A stretch of DNA of 64,000 nucleotides, from NCBI RefSeq assembly GCF_009914755.1, contig NC_060933.1; one strand, 5' to 3'. Numbering within the stretch: position 1 is the first letter of the stretch; each line of letters starts with the position of its first letter. The notes under the pieces were generated by a model. That model ran no database searches, was not told the DNA's origin, and saw only the letters and a list, made by a program, of their open reading frames with translations. Shown here one piece after another: positions 1 through 18,539 of this stretch. A program made the translations under genes and the position numbers. This DNA comes from the human T2T-CHM13v2.0 reference genome, Homo sapiens.

Positions 1-91
1 GATAGTGCCTATCAGCGTTAAATGCCATCTGGTCCTTGCCTCGCAAGGAGCCCTGTCCCCTGGTTCACTGGCTTAGGGGTGCCCCTCAGGT

Positions 92-526
92 CAGTGTTTC
101 CCCAGTGTGGGGTGGGCACCCTCGGTGACCTAGGAGACAGTGACGTCAGGGATCACACAGCCTCATACCACACAAAGGTGATTCCCTTCTCTGTCTCAGC
201 CCTCTGGTCCCCTGGAGGGGAAGCTTGCAACTCCCCAACGCTTTTCTATCAAAATGCCATCGGCAGGCAACAATAGCCAGCTAGAATTTCCTAACATTGC
301 TTATTTTAATTGTAATTTATTTTTACTTTTACCTTCTATTTATGGCCCATGATCTTAGTTTTTTTTCCACCTAACAGTAGTCACATAAAGTTCCCTTATG
401 GATGCATTTACCTAAGTAATAGCAGTGAATGCTTTTAAAGAAAAATAGAGAGCAAATAACAGAATAAGGTGCCACTGGAAGGGCCGGGTCAAGAGGAGGG
501 GGTGGACGGACCTGTGGGTGGCACTG
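92..526. mobile_element. Degenerate hAT-Charlie-like DNA transposon remnant
   Basis: Starts CAGTGTTTCCCCAGTGTG and ends ...GGCACTG, resembling hAT-Charlie terminal inverted repeats, with an AT-rich interior. Family not pinned down. Confidence 0.4.
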
Positions 527-1894
527 GCTTTTCGTAACTCAGGAATCAGGAAGTGTAGTTGACACTTGTTTTGTTATGTTTGCTCCAATGGAAAAGGAAG
601 CTGTGGGTGGAGACACATCTGACGGGAGGGATTTGGATCCTGCCAGCTCGTCCCTGCAACCCCCTACTCCGGTCCCCTCAAACCTGTCCGTGGCTGGCAG
701 CCCTGTGATACCTCGCCACATTCTGCAACAGAATCCGAGATAGAGGTAGAAGTGGGGGAGTACGTCGTGGCTGTCAGGGCAGCTTTCTGTAAAATGCTGC
801 CTGGAGGAGCATGTGATTCCAGACCCTCCTCTCTGCAACGAAAGTGAGGTTGACACCTGCAGGTATGATTGTAACACGACTTTTAGTTCAGGTGAGCGCA
901 GCCTTCCTCTCCTGGAGCTCTGGCTCATCCAGCCCTGAGCTCCCCAGTCCAAGGCTCTCCGGGTACCTTGGGCAGCCTCCCTAGCAGGGCGGTGGGATCG
1001 GACCAGCTGTTCCCGGCTGCTGGTCCGTTCCAAGCTGCAAGGGCCTAGGTGCGGAGCAATGACCGGCAGGCCGAGCTCCCTCCCTCCCTCTCGTTGCAGG
1101 CCTGGGGCCTCCTGGCCCACTGAGCAGAACACACAGAAGCTGGGCCCACCCCTGCCCTCCCCACAAAGGGTCACGGGAGCCACCGCCTGACTTTGAAGCC
1201 CACTGACTTGCGGCTGACAAGAGAAAAGGTATTTGGAATTAAGTGAAGGGCGGGAGGCAGGGGCGGGCTAGGCCCTGGGGTCACATAGCTGCAGGCACCT
1301 TGACTGCAGCTGCCGTTGGCCCCAGTCCCTTACTTTCTAGGGTTCTGCAGTGGGCCAGAGAAGGGACTATTATTATTATTTCATAACATTTCATCCTGGC
1401 TTATTTCTAGCCCCTCAAACGGTGTCCGTACAGGGTTGAACTGCCAAGGGCTCCCAGACCCCTGCTGCCAAGGGGCGGCTGGCTTGTGGTGGCTCTGGGG
1501 AGGCAGTGGTGCCCGTCACTGGCACTGGGGAATCTTGTCTGACTTCCCTTTTCCTCCATCTCCTCCCCAGGGCCCGGCTTTTCCTGTGCCCTTCATTTTC
1601 CTCCCCCTGTTCTGGGACTTGTGGGTGTCCCCAGAGCAAATTCTTGGGGAGCCATGCCCAGCCGGTCTAGGGGGCACTCAGGGGCTTGCATTTTGTCAGG
1701 CTCCCTCGTGGTCTGGTGTGGGTACTCTGGGGACCACATTTGGAGAACCTGGGCCCCCCAGTTGTTGACTAGCAGACGAGGGCCTGTACTTAGGGGCCAT
1801 TGTCCAGCGTTTAGTGCAGAGTGACTGGAGAAATGGGAGGACCAGACCCTGTGATGGGAGTGAGGGTAGGGGGCACAAGATGGGCCGCCACCCT

Positions 1895-2081
1895 CCAGGA
1901 TCTCCTGGTTCACACCAGTGCCTGCGAGAGGCCCCTGGGGCCTCGTGAAAGCACAGGTGGCTGGTTGCATCCCAGGGGTTCTGATTCCCAGGACTGGCCA
2001 GGCCAGAGAATCTGAATTTCTGACAAGTTCCTGGGCAAGGCCAATGCTGCTGGCCAGGAGGACCACCCTTTGAGAACCACA
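1895..2081. mobile_element. MER5A-like hAT MITE
   Basis: Diagnostic AGAATCTGAATTTCTGACAAGTTCC...GGACCACCCTTTGAGAACCAC terminus. Confidence 0.7.
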
Positions 2082-2309
2082 GGTGGACACCAGCAGCCGC
2101 AGACCCGGCTAGGACCAGGGCAGAGGCCACGCCCTCCCCATTCCCCCGGAGCTGCCTCGGCCCTTGGAGGAATGAGCAGGACCTAAACAGGAACCACGTG
2201 ATGATATTGACGTGGCACCTGCATGGGAGCACTGCTGCCTGTCCACACTGAGTGCGGCTTCCAAGACCACCCGCAACACACACAGCCCTGCAAGGCGGGA
2301 GCTCACGTG

Positions 2310-2430
2310 CCCCTCACTTTACAGGCGAGAAAGCTGAGGCTCAGAGAGGGCAAGTGACCTGCATAAGGCCACACAGCCAGCAAGTCAGGGAACGGGTGGC
2401 CAAACCCAGACCTGCCCAGTTTCATGTTCG
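2310..2430 (-). mobile_element. MIR SINE fragment
   Basis: MIR core CTTTACAGGCGAGAAAGCTGAGGCTCAGAGAGGG...AAGGCCACACAGC. Confidence 0.7.
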
Positions 2431-2588
2431 CGCCGTGAGGGGTCCAGCGGCTGTGGTGTCACTTCTGGTTACCCCGTCATTTAGAGGGGAAAGATGTGGA
2501 GAAATAGGAGTGTGTGTGGCAGGAAGGGACTGGGGGAGAGAAAAGGGCCCAGGAATCAGGCGTGCGTGTGGCGTTGAAAGGAGCAACA

Positions 2589-2655
2589 ACTCAAAGTCAC
2601 GCTCAAGGTCATGCTTAAGGTCATGCTCAAGGTCATGCTTAAGGTCACGAGTTCA
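2589..2655 (+). repeat. 12-bp tandem repeat GCTYAAGGTCAY (4 copies plus 1 degenerate); nuclear-receptor half-site array
   Basis: actcaaagtcac gctcaaggtcat gcttaaggtcat gctcaaggtcat gcttaaggtcac gagttca. Confidence 0.95.
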
Positions 2656-3832
2656 CCCCAGGAATCCCGCCCTCACTGGAGCTGAAGCAGACCCCTCCCC
2701 CAGGCTTCAGGGGTCTCCTGTGGCCAGGTGATCCCCTCCCCGTCAGCACCCCAGGGCACACAATGACACCTGATATTCCGCTAAACAGGACACTTCAGGG
2801 TGGAGGTGGGGCAGGGGGGTGGTGGGAGGCCGCAGTACTCAGCCTTTGCTCCCATGGGCCCAGCACCCCTGGGTGGACCTAGAGAGGCTCTGGGCACCCA
2901 GGTCTCAGGTCTGGCCTCAGAGCAGAGCTTTGGGCACCTCTTCCTCCACATCCACACCTGCTCCGTGCACACCTGCCCCGGGTCCTGGGTCTGGCAGCAT
3001 CTTGGGCTGACTGTGGAGGGCCTTTGCTGGGCTTGGCAGGTGGGCATCAGGATGGGTAACTGCAGAGAAGAGGGAAGGGGGTGGTCTGAGGGCAGGGGGT
3101 GGCCTGAGGGTGGCCGGAGGAGTTCAGGAAGAGCACTGGAGCACGAGTCTCCTTTAGGGGACTCACCTTCTCTTTCTGTAAAGGGAAGGGACAGGGCTGG
3201 GTATCCTGAGGGGCACTGGTGGTCTTATGGGGTGGGGACATGGTGGGAAGGGGCCTGGCCCGCTCTGGTCTCCAGCCTGTGTCCCAAACCCACCTCCCCT
3301 TGGAAGAGGTCCCAGGAGTCGCCAGCACCTGGTTCTGGCTGGGCTGAGAGAGGCTGTGTCTGCTGCACCTGGAGTTGCAGGGCCAGCCACGGTCTGTGCA
3401 CGTGGACCCCTTGAAGCGCAGAGGCTGACGCATGGCGAGTGCTCGTTAAACATCACCTGCATGTGATTATTAGTAATAAAATGTCTTAGAAGCTGGAGGG
3501 ACTGAGAAGGGCCTTCTAAGCATGACAGACGTCTGTCTAGGTTGGGGTCCTTTTCATCAGGAGGGACCTGGGAGCCAGGTACCCTCTGCTCACAGGTAGT
3601 AATGCAAGAGGCCTTGTATTTTCTCTTCCTTTCCAGGCACTGAGGGCTCGCCACAACCCCCTGTGTATTTATCTTACAGAATGTGCCCCTGTGATCATGT
3701 GAAAGCATCAGCCAGGGGTCCAAGAACTTCCCTCTGGAGCCTCACACTCCCAGCGTGGCACCCAGCAGGGAACAGATTCTCTCCAAACCTTTGTGAATGA
3801 ATGAAGGATGACGTCACTAGAATCCATCCCTG

Positions 3833-4142
<310 letters not shown>

Positions 4143-5261
4143 CCCATCCCCATTTTATAGACAAGGATACCAAGGCTCAGAGAGGGGAAGCCACTTGCCA
4201 AGGACGCACAGGAGGACACCAGTGAGCAGGACCTCTGGTCTGTCTGGGAGGCCACTGGGCCTCTTCCCAGAGTCTCTGCTTGGTGAGCCAGGATTTTACA
4301 CCCGCCTTGGGCCCAGTGGGCTGAGAGGACATGGGCTGGGGTGTCGGAAGCTGCAGAGCTGATCCCTCCTGCTTGGCTGGAGGCTTGCAGACCCTGCAGG
4401 CAGGCTCGGGAGGCAGCGGGCGACTTGAAAATGCACTCCCTACCACAGGCTCAAGAGTGACGGCGCCTGTCAGGGACCGGGAGGCAGGGCCTGTCTTTTC
4501 CTGCTGTTTTATTGCCTTCAAAGTCTGGACCAAGTGGTTTCTGGATGGAGTCACAGTAACCTCACGTCTATTCAAGCAATTCGTTCATTGTTTCATTTAG
4601 TAAAATACCCACAAAACAAGGAAGAACACCTTGGCGGTGCCTCTGATCCCCCCATTTGTCTGCAAATCGGAAAAGCATGATTCCATCGATCTCCTGTTTA
4701 TTGAGCGCCTACTACATGCTAGGTCGGATGGTCTAGTTCAACCCCTCGCAACGCCACAGCTGCTGTCTGTTTCGTATCTTGTATTTTTCGCTTGACAGTT
4801 TATCATGTGCATTTTCTCGGGTACCAAAGGCCCTTGTAAGAGATGGTGTCTGGAGAATGGGTATCTCAGGGGCCTACCACCTGGCTTACCTCCTCCCAAA
4901 TCAGGGTTCCTCTGCACCACCTCCTCTCTGTCCAGCTCCTCCTTCAGGGCCTGGCTCAATTCTACCTCCTCCACAAAGCCCTCCATTCCCTCCCCTCCTG
5001 GTCAGTGTTGTCTCTTTTGCAGCCACTAGCTCTCTGCCTTGCCTCACCCGGGTCTCCTATCCCTCTCCTTCTCTCTCATGGAGTGATGCCTTTTTTCTTC
5101 CTCTACACACATCAGGTCTGAGCTCAAAGTCACCTTGTCAAAGGCCCTCCCAGGACCACCCTGTGTGATTATCCTGTGGGCTTGTTCCTGTGTTTGTCCC
5201 TGAGCCCACAGGGTCTGGTCGTTCAGTAGAAGGACTCCTGCAGAAGGTGCTGGATAAACAC

Positions 5262-5786
<525 letters not shown>

Positions 5787-6982
5787 ACCTCCTCCTACCC
5801 TCTTTGCCCCTTGTCAGGCAAGCTCAATAGCTAGGCCGAGAGCTGCTGAGGGCGGGGACCTTGTCTGTCTAGGCCACTGCTGTATGCGTGCCTGGCCCTC
5901 AGCAGGGAACCTGACATGAAGCACACGCTGGATAAATAAATACCTGTTGCTGGAGCGAGTGATGGGTTCCCAGCCCTCACTGGGGAATCGAGGGGACTCC
6001 ACCTCAGCCCAGCCAGATGGAATCGTCGGGAACAGAGTGCACCTTAATTTCTGCGAAGACCAATGCAAATTAGAAGAAGACTGAGATGCAGGCTGTTTGA
6101 TCCAAGAGATGCTTTTTAATTATTGTAAAACAGCTGTGACTTACTGAGCACCAACTGTGTACCCGGCCTCACACTGTTCTCATACACAACAGCTCCACGG
6201 GGAAGGCATTCTCACCGAGATTCAGAGAGGGGCAGACCTGGCCTCGGGTCGCACAGCTGGGAACCGGACACCGGGCTCTCTCCAGTCAGCTCGGGTGCTG
6301 CTGGCCCCAGCACCTCCCCCGTGGCGTGGACCAGGGCCTCCGAGGCTGCTTTAAAGAAGGTTCTTTGAGAACGGCGCATGTACCGTGTGGACACTCGTGT
6401 GCGCCCCTGAAGTTTTTGAGCCAGCCACCCTGTCATCAATCTTGGTTATGCAGTTCATTTATTCAGTAAACCCCAGGTTCCCATCCACGTTTGGTGCACA
6501 GGAGAACTCCCCTGCTCAGGAATTCTGAATTAAGGAGGCTTTGAATGAACGAGGCTCTACTGAATTTAAATTCCAGATGGGGCAGGGAGGGGCTGGGTAC
6601 TGGTGAGCGGCACAGACTGGGCAGGTAGATGCGGCAGGAGTTCGAATCCAGCCCCTACCGTTTCTCAGATCTGTGACTTTGGAAAAATCACTTTCTCTGG
6701 CCCTCAATTTTGCCATCTCTAAAGAGGGGGCTGAATGAATTCAGACACCCCAAGGCCCCACAAAGTGCTAACGACTGAGATACGCTGGGGTTGGAGGTGA
6801 TTGGGAACAGGTTACGGTCCTGCTTTCCCTGGGGGAACCTGGCCCTGTGTCCGAGGTGCCCGTGGCATCTCTGCTGGTTGCCCTGGTTTCTGACTCACCC
6901 CAGGGAGCTGCCGGGCAGGGGAAACTACCCTCCTGGCCTCCTGAGACCTGCCTTCCAGGCTGCAGGCCTGCTGTCGGGGCTG

Positions 6983-6985
<3 letters not shown>

Positions 6986-7029
<44 letters not shown>
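6986..7029. repeat. (TG)22 microsatellite
   Basis: Pure TG run. Confidence 0.98.
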
Positions 7030-7031
<2 letters not shown>

Positions 7032-8316
7032 ATGAGGCATGGGCTGCGCTCTGCACAGAGGTGGGGGTGAGGGTGGGCTCACATATTTTAAGTTCATCAC
7101 CTGGCTGGGGAAGTGGCCACCCTTGCTCCAGAAAGGTGGCTCTATGTTCCCAAATTGTCATCACTGTCCCTCACATGTGCTGGAATAACATTCAAACTCC
7201 CCCAGGCTCCCAAGGCCCCATAAACTGGCTCCTGCCCGAGACGCTCGCTTCTGCCTTACCCCAGCCCTGTGGTCACCCGCAAATACTCCAAGCCCTTTCC
7301 CTCCTTACAGGCTTTGGCCTGGGCTGCGCTGGCCAACAGAACTCCCTCTCCCCTCCGCTGCATCCCTCTCTTGCTCTGCCTTCTCCAGGAGGCCTTTGTG
7401 AACGTTCTGTGGACATGGGCTCTCCATGAGTCTCTCAGCTCGTGTTTGCTTCCCCCTGAGCCAGGGTAGAGGCTCCTGCACGCTGAGTCCTTATCTGTGT
7501 TGCGCCGACCCCAGTGCCTAGGCAGGGCCTGGGCCCCAGGGCCCCTCTGGATCTGTTGAAAGAAGAGGTCAGAGGGCTGTGTCATCTAAACCCCGTTTGC
7601 ATTGAGAGAGCCATTCTTACTGCCACATATCCATGCATTCATTTGTTCATTCAACAGAAAGCACCAGGCCCTGGGCGATTGAGGGTTGAAAGAGACACTG
7701 GCCCCTGCCCTTGTGAATCCCTTTCCAGCCAGGTGTGTCAGGGGCGCTGGGCGGGTGAGGCCGGCACTGAGCAGGTGAGACCCAAAAACAAACACCACCT
7801 GGCGATTTCTCTGTTTTCTCCCACACAGTCCCCCTTTTTGGATGTTAAGAGATTAATATATGCAAATACCCTTTTCCTATGGTGGTTTTAGCCTTGCACT
7901 CTGTGGATTAAGTTACTTGATTTAAATACATCTTCCCCCCACCAACATATACATGTATAAATCCTAAACACTAAATAAAATCCCCTCATTTCCCGTGTGC
8001 TGCGGAGCTTCTAATCCCAAGTCCTGTGGGCATTTCAGCAGTTAAGATGGTTCATGGGGGTTGTGGAGATTTTATTTGGAATATCAAATACCTGTCCCTT
8101 AATGGAGTTCGCTAATACCAGCCAGAGGGGGCCAAGGGAGAAGCTGGAGCTGGAGAGGTGGTGGGAGGAGCTTCTGGAAGGAAAGAGGCCTGTTACCAAG
8201 TGAGGAAGGGTTTGGACCGGATGAGGGTGGTTGCATAGCCAGACTGGAGGGGACACCTGGGTTTGGACGCATCAGAGGGCTGGGCAGGACTGGGGGTTCA
8301 TCAGAAACAATCAAGG

Positions 8317-8726
<410 letters not shown>

Positions 8727-9784
8727 CTATCAAGGAGTGTGTTTGGGGACAAATGTGAATCCCGCCAAACTTGGACCTCAGCCTCCTGGCCAAGCGGGAG
8801 GGCTCCGGAACCCGAGGATCACCTGGCAGGTCACCTGCACTTCTGCAGTCGAGGGACAGAGCCTAGGGCTGGCCTTTGAGCACCTGACTAGCAGGTGCAT
8901 GGTTGAGATTCGCTCACCCTCCCCTGAAACTGGATGGCCCAGGAACGCCCCCATGCTGTGACTGGCACCCTCTGGAATCCCCTTTCTTCCCCCAGGAAGA
9001 GTGCCCCTCCTTGGAATGTTGGCACAGAGGCCACCTTTTGCATAAGTGTACCCGGAGCAAGCCCAGCTCCGCGCCGCACTCCCGCCCCTTACTGGCCCCC
9101 CGCCTTTTTCCGTGGGCACCAGGCTCCCGCCAGCAAACGTGATGATTTACTTTCTGTGTTCTGTTCTGCTTCCTGTCTTCTCCCCCACCCACTCCCACCC
9201 AGACCCGTCACCTGAGTGTCAGCTCCTTGAGGCCAGGGTCTGGTTCTGCTCTGTTCACTGATGCGTCCCCAGGGCCTGGTCTAGGCGCGGCATGCAGTGG
9301 ACGCTCAGGAAATAATTTTGTTGACTGCGTGAACTCCACACATATGGCCGGAATCCCTCCCCACCCCTAGCCAGGCTCTGGCCGGGAGCTGGCACACACA
9401 GGGAATTACAGTCTGTGGACCCAGTAAACCACCAAAGACCCAAGACAATCTGGCAAGTCCTTACTGCATACTTGTCAGACCGAGTCCTGGATTCCAGGGC
9501 CTGTGGAAAGGTGTGAGGAAGACCCAGCCTGGTGGGAGGGGGGCCCCCAGCACCTACTCTCTGCCCCTCCTGCCTCACCCCTGCTTCACCGAAGTCCTGC
9601 CCCGGGAGGTGGCACAGGAACAGAGGTGTGAGTGAAGTCAGGGAGCTGGTCTTGAGAAGATCTGGGACACAGCTTCCGTTGGTATCCTATTGAATCAAAA
9701 TGCCGGCCCCCTGGGCTTGCAGTTTGCTTGTGTGTCTCTTTCCATCCGTTCACTCTCAGTCTATCTGTGTTTCTGTATGTAAGT

Positions 9785-10062
9785 GAGGTGGCTCATGCCT
9801 GTAATCCCAGCACTTTGGGAGGCTGAGGATCACTTGAGGTCAGGAGTTCGAGACCACACTGGTTAACATGGTGAAACCCCATCTCTGCTAAAAATACAAA
9901 AATTAGCCGGGTGTGGTGGTGCACGCCTGTAATCCCAGCTACTCAGGAGGCTGAGGAGGGAGGATTGCTTGAACCCAGGAGGTGGAGGTTGCGGAGAGTT
10001 GGGAATGCCCCACTGCCTGGGTGACACAGTGAGACCCTGTCTTAAATAAATAAATAAATAAA
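9785..10062 (+). mobile_element. Alu (S/J)
   Basis: Alu dimer with small deletions and a (TAAA)n tail. Confidence 0.9.
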
Positions 10063-10301
10063 GTGCAAGTCCGCATTTGGTATCTCTGTATCTCCTTTCC
10101 TACCCTCTTTGCATTATTATTATTATTATTTAACGATTGCTTAAATGATTGTAAGACATACCCCTAAGCTTCCACAGTTAACTTAGAGTTAACATGGGAC
10201 CACTTTGCATCAAATGTGGGAGCCTGCAACAGCACAGACCCATCGGCTGCTCCCATGTGTCCCTCACACCACCGTTGTCGTGTATATAATTCCTGCTTTA
10301 G

Positions 10302-11132
<831 letters not shown>

Positions 11133-11482
11133 TTATTTTGAAATAATTATAGATTTAGAGAAAGTTCCAAAAACAATACAGGGAGCTCTGGGCACCCTCA
11201 GCTAGTCTCCCCCCAGTGGTACAGCTTACATAATAGTATAATATCAAAACCAGGAAATTGACATTGGTACGACGTGTGTATAATGCCATGCTATTTTCTC
11301 ACCCGTATAGAATTGTGTAGCTACTGTGGCAATCAAGATGCAGAGCTACCCCATTGCCACAAGACCTCCCCAATTGCCCCTCTGTAGTCACACCTGCCCC
11401 CTGCCCCCCACCCGACCTGTGGCCTAGCATGCACTCATCTGTTCCGTATGATTTGGTCTTTTCCATGAAGTTATGTAAATGA

Positions 11483-11860
<378 letters not shown>

Positions 11861-11861
11861 G

Positions 11862-12187
<326 letters not shown>

Positions 12188-12318
12188 GTGTTCCTTTTTA
12201 TTGCTGAGTAACATTCTGCAGTTTGTTTAACCGTTTACCTACTGAAGGGCATTTTGGTTGTCTTCCAGTTTTTTGGTTCTAACACATGTGGATGTAACTT
12301 TTCCTTTCTTTGGGGTAA

Positions 12319-12676
<358 letters not shown>

Positions 12677-13081
12677 TGACCTGTTTGCCTTTTATTTCCT
12701 TTTCTTGCCTTACTGCTCTGGCTAGGATTTCCAGCATTAAACTTAGATTGTGAGAGCGGACCTCTTTACCTTGTTTCCAATCTTAGGAAGAAGGCTTTTG
12801 GCCTTTCACCATTCAATATAATGTTAATGACCAAATTTTTTGTGGCAGGTGGTAGATATTCTTTATCAAGTGGAGGAAGCTCCCCTCGGTTCCTAGTTTT
12901 CTTAGAATGTTTTCATGAATGGCTATTAAATTTCATTAGATGTTTTCTCTGCATCAATTAATATGAGCATACGATTTTTGTTCTTTAACCTGTTACCTGG
13001 TGGATTATATTGATTGATTTTCAAATATCAAACCATTCTACACCCCTAGAATAAACCCCACTTGGTCACAATGTAGAATTC

Positions 13082-13375
13082 TTTTTTTTTTTAAGACAGG
13101 ATATTGTTCTGTTGCCCAGGCTGGAGTGCAGTGGTTTGATCATGGGTCATTGCAGCCTCAACCTCCTGGGCTCAATTGATCCTCCCATCTCAGCCTCCTG
13201 AGTTGCTCAGACTACAAGCACATGCCACCACACCCAGCTAAGTGTTGTATTTTTTTGTAGAGACAGAATTTTGCCATGTTGCTCAGGCTTGTCTCAAACT
13301 CCTGGGCTCAAGCGATCCACCCTCTCAGTCTCCCAAAGTGCTGGGCTTATAGGCATGAGCCACAGTACCCCACCC
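13082..13375 (-). mobile_element. AluJ-like
   Basis: Full antisense Alu, J-type. Confidence 0.9.
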
Positions 13376-14272
13376 AAATTCTTTTTATATATTGCTGAAT
13401 TCTGTTTGCCAATATTTTCTTAAGGATTTTGGCATCTATATTCATTGGGTATATTGGTTTGTGGTTTTCTCTTTTTTTGAGCTGTTTTTGGTTTTGATAC
13501 CAGGGTAATATAGCTCTCATAAAATGAGTTGGGAAGTGTCCCCTTCTTTTTTCACAAATTCAATTTCTTTAAAAGTATTCATGTGATTTATTTCACAGTG
13601 GGTAAGTGGTAATAGTTTGTGCTTTTTAAGGAATTGCCCATTTTATCTAAGTTGTCAATTTTATGTGTAGAGTTTCCATAATATCCCCTTATTATATCTT
13701 CCTGAAGTCTTTAGGGTCTATAGAGCTGTCCCCTGCTCAATTCCTGATATTGGTAATTTGTGTCTTTCTCTTCTTTTTTCTTTGTCAGTCTTGCTAGTGG
13801 CTTCTCAATTTTATTGATCTTTTTAAAGAACCAGCCCTTTGTTTCATTGATTTTTTTCTATTATTTCTTATTTAAATTTTACTGATTTTTGCTCTTATAC
13901 TTATTTCCTTCTGTTCATTTTGGTTTTATTTTGCTCTTTTTTTCATTTTCTTAAGGTGGGAGGTTGGAGAAATGACTTAGATTTTCTCTATTTCTAATAT
14001 AAACATGTAGTGCTACAAATTTTCCTCTGAGTGCTGCTTTGGCTTCATCCCATAACATTTGATATGTTGTGTTTTTGTGTTCATTCAGTTCCATGTGTTT
14101 TTTTTTTTTCAATTTCCTTAGAGACTTCTTTGACTCATAAATTATTTAGAAGCATATTCTTTAGTTTTCAACAGTTTAGAGATGATCCTGTTACTTTCCC
14201 ATTATCTACTTTGGCTTCTACTTCAATTCTATTATGGTCAGAGAATACACTCTGCATGATTTCAATTCTTTT

Positions 14273-16617
<2,345 letters not shown>

Positions 16618-17453
16618 GATTTCAATTCTTTTAAATGTGTTGAGATTTGTTTTAGTGCAGAACATGGCCTATTTTAGTAAATGTTCTGTGAGCACTTGAA
16701 GAGAATGTATATTCTGTTGTTGGATAGTGTTCTGTAAATGCTGACTAGATTAGTTTGGTTGGTGGTGTTAAATTCATCTATATTTCTGCTGATTATCTGT
16801 CTAGTTGTTCTATCAGTTGTTGAGAGAGGGGTGTTGTCTTCAACTATAATTATAGATTTGTCTATTTCTCCTTTCATCCATCAGCTTTTTCCATTCCATC
16901 AGTTTTTTCTTCATGTAATTTGAAGTTCTGTTGTTTGATACATATATATACATTAGAAGTACTATGTCTTCTTAATGTGTTGCCCCTTCTATCAGTATGT
17001 GATATCCTTCTTTGGTAATTTTCTTTGCTCTGAAGCCAACTTTATCAAATATTAATATAGCCACTTCTGTTTTCTTTTGGTTAATTTTTGCATGGCATAT
17101 CTTATTTCATCCTTTTACTTAAAATCAACCTATAATGTTATATTTGAAGTGAATTTTTCACAAAGAGTTATATTTGGGCCACTAAAAAAATCCACTCTGC
17201 CAATATCTGTATTTTAATTGGTGTATTGAGGCCATTTGCATTTAATGTAACTATTGATGTGTTAGGGCTTAAGTCTGCCATTTTATTTTTTGTTTTATGT
17301 TTGTTCCCTCTGTTTTCAGTTTCTCTTTTCTCCCCTGCCTTCCTGTAGATTACGTAAACATTTCTTAGATTTCCATTTTTATTTAGCTCTAGTATATCTC
17401 TTTGTATAATATTTTTAGTGTTTGCTTTAGGTATTGCACTATACACACGTAAG

Positions 17454-17750
17454 TTTTTATTTATTTATTTTAGAGTCTTGCTCTGTTGCCCAGGCTGAGG
17501 TAAGTGGTGTGATCCTAGCTCACTGTGGCCTCAAACTCCTCGGCTTATATAATCCTCTCACCTCAGTCTCCCAAGTAGCTGGGACTACAGCTGCATACCA
17601 CCACACCCAGCTAATTTTTCACCTTTTTTTTTTAGAGACACGGTCTTGCTATGTTATCCAAGCTGGTCTTGTACTTCTGGCCTAAAACAATCCTCCCTCC
17701 TTGGCCTTCCAAAGTGCTAGGATTACAGGCATGAACCACTATGCCTGGCT
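17454..17750 (-). mobile_element. AluJ-like
   Basis: Diverged antisense Alu. Confidence 0.88.
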
Positions 17751-18539
17751 TATACACACAGAATTTATTATAGTGTACTAGTATTGATATTTTATCAGTT
17801 TGAGTGAGTATAGAAATCTCATCTTCATTTCAGTCTCTTTACCCTCCCTTGTATGTGATATAATTGCCTTAAATATTTTCTCTACTTATTGAGAACCATA
17901 TCAGACACTATTATAATTTTTGCTTCAATCATCAAACATAATTTATAAAACCCAAAAGGAGGAGGAAAGTCTATTGATTTTGCACATTTTTTTACTCTTT
18001 TTATTGTTCTTCCTTCCAAATGTTCCAAGATTTCTCCTTTTATTATTTACTTTTGGTTTCAAGAACTTCCTTCAGCCCATTTTTAAGGGTAGGCCTGCTG
18101 GTGACAAATTATCTTAGGTTTAGTTCATCTGAGAATGCCTAGACTTTTCCTTCATTCTTGAAGAATATTTTCACTGGATACAAAATTCTGGGTTGACAGT
18201 TCTTTCATTTCAGGATTTGAAAACTGCTGCACCCACTTACTTCTGGGCACCATGGTTTCTTATGAGAAACCTCCTGTCATTCAAATTGTTTTCCCCATTT
18301 TGAAAGGTATAGTTTCTTCCTCCCTGCTTTCAAGATTGTTTTCTTTAGTTTTGTGATGTATCTTTTTATAATTTTCTTTGGATTTATCTTATTTCTGGTT
18401 TTCTCAGTTTCTTGAAACTACAGGATTGTATCTTTTGCCAAATTTAGGAAGTTTTCATTCATTATTTCTTCTAATCCTTTTTTAGTCACATTCTCACTCT
18501 CCTTTCCTTCTGGAAATCTATTGGCACAAAAGTTATTTT

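Noticed and set aside
2589-2655. CRISPR-like array
   Set aside because: Contiguous tandem units without spacers, no cas genes, human DNA.
539-3414. 214-aa (539..1183) and 204-aa (2800..3414) ORFs, and similarly 37916..38563, 52630..53232, 59102..59949
   Set aside because: Most checked have non-ATG starts; they overlap other ORFs and show no domain. Expected by chance in GC-rich DNA.
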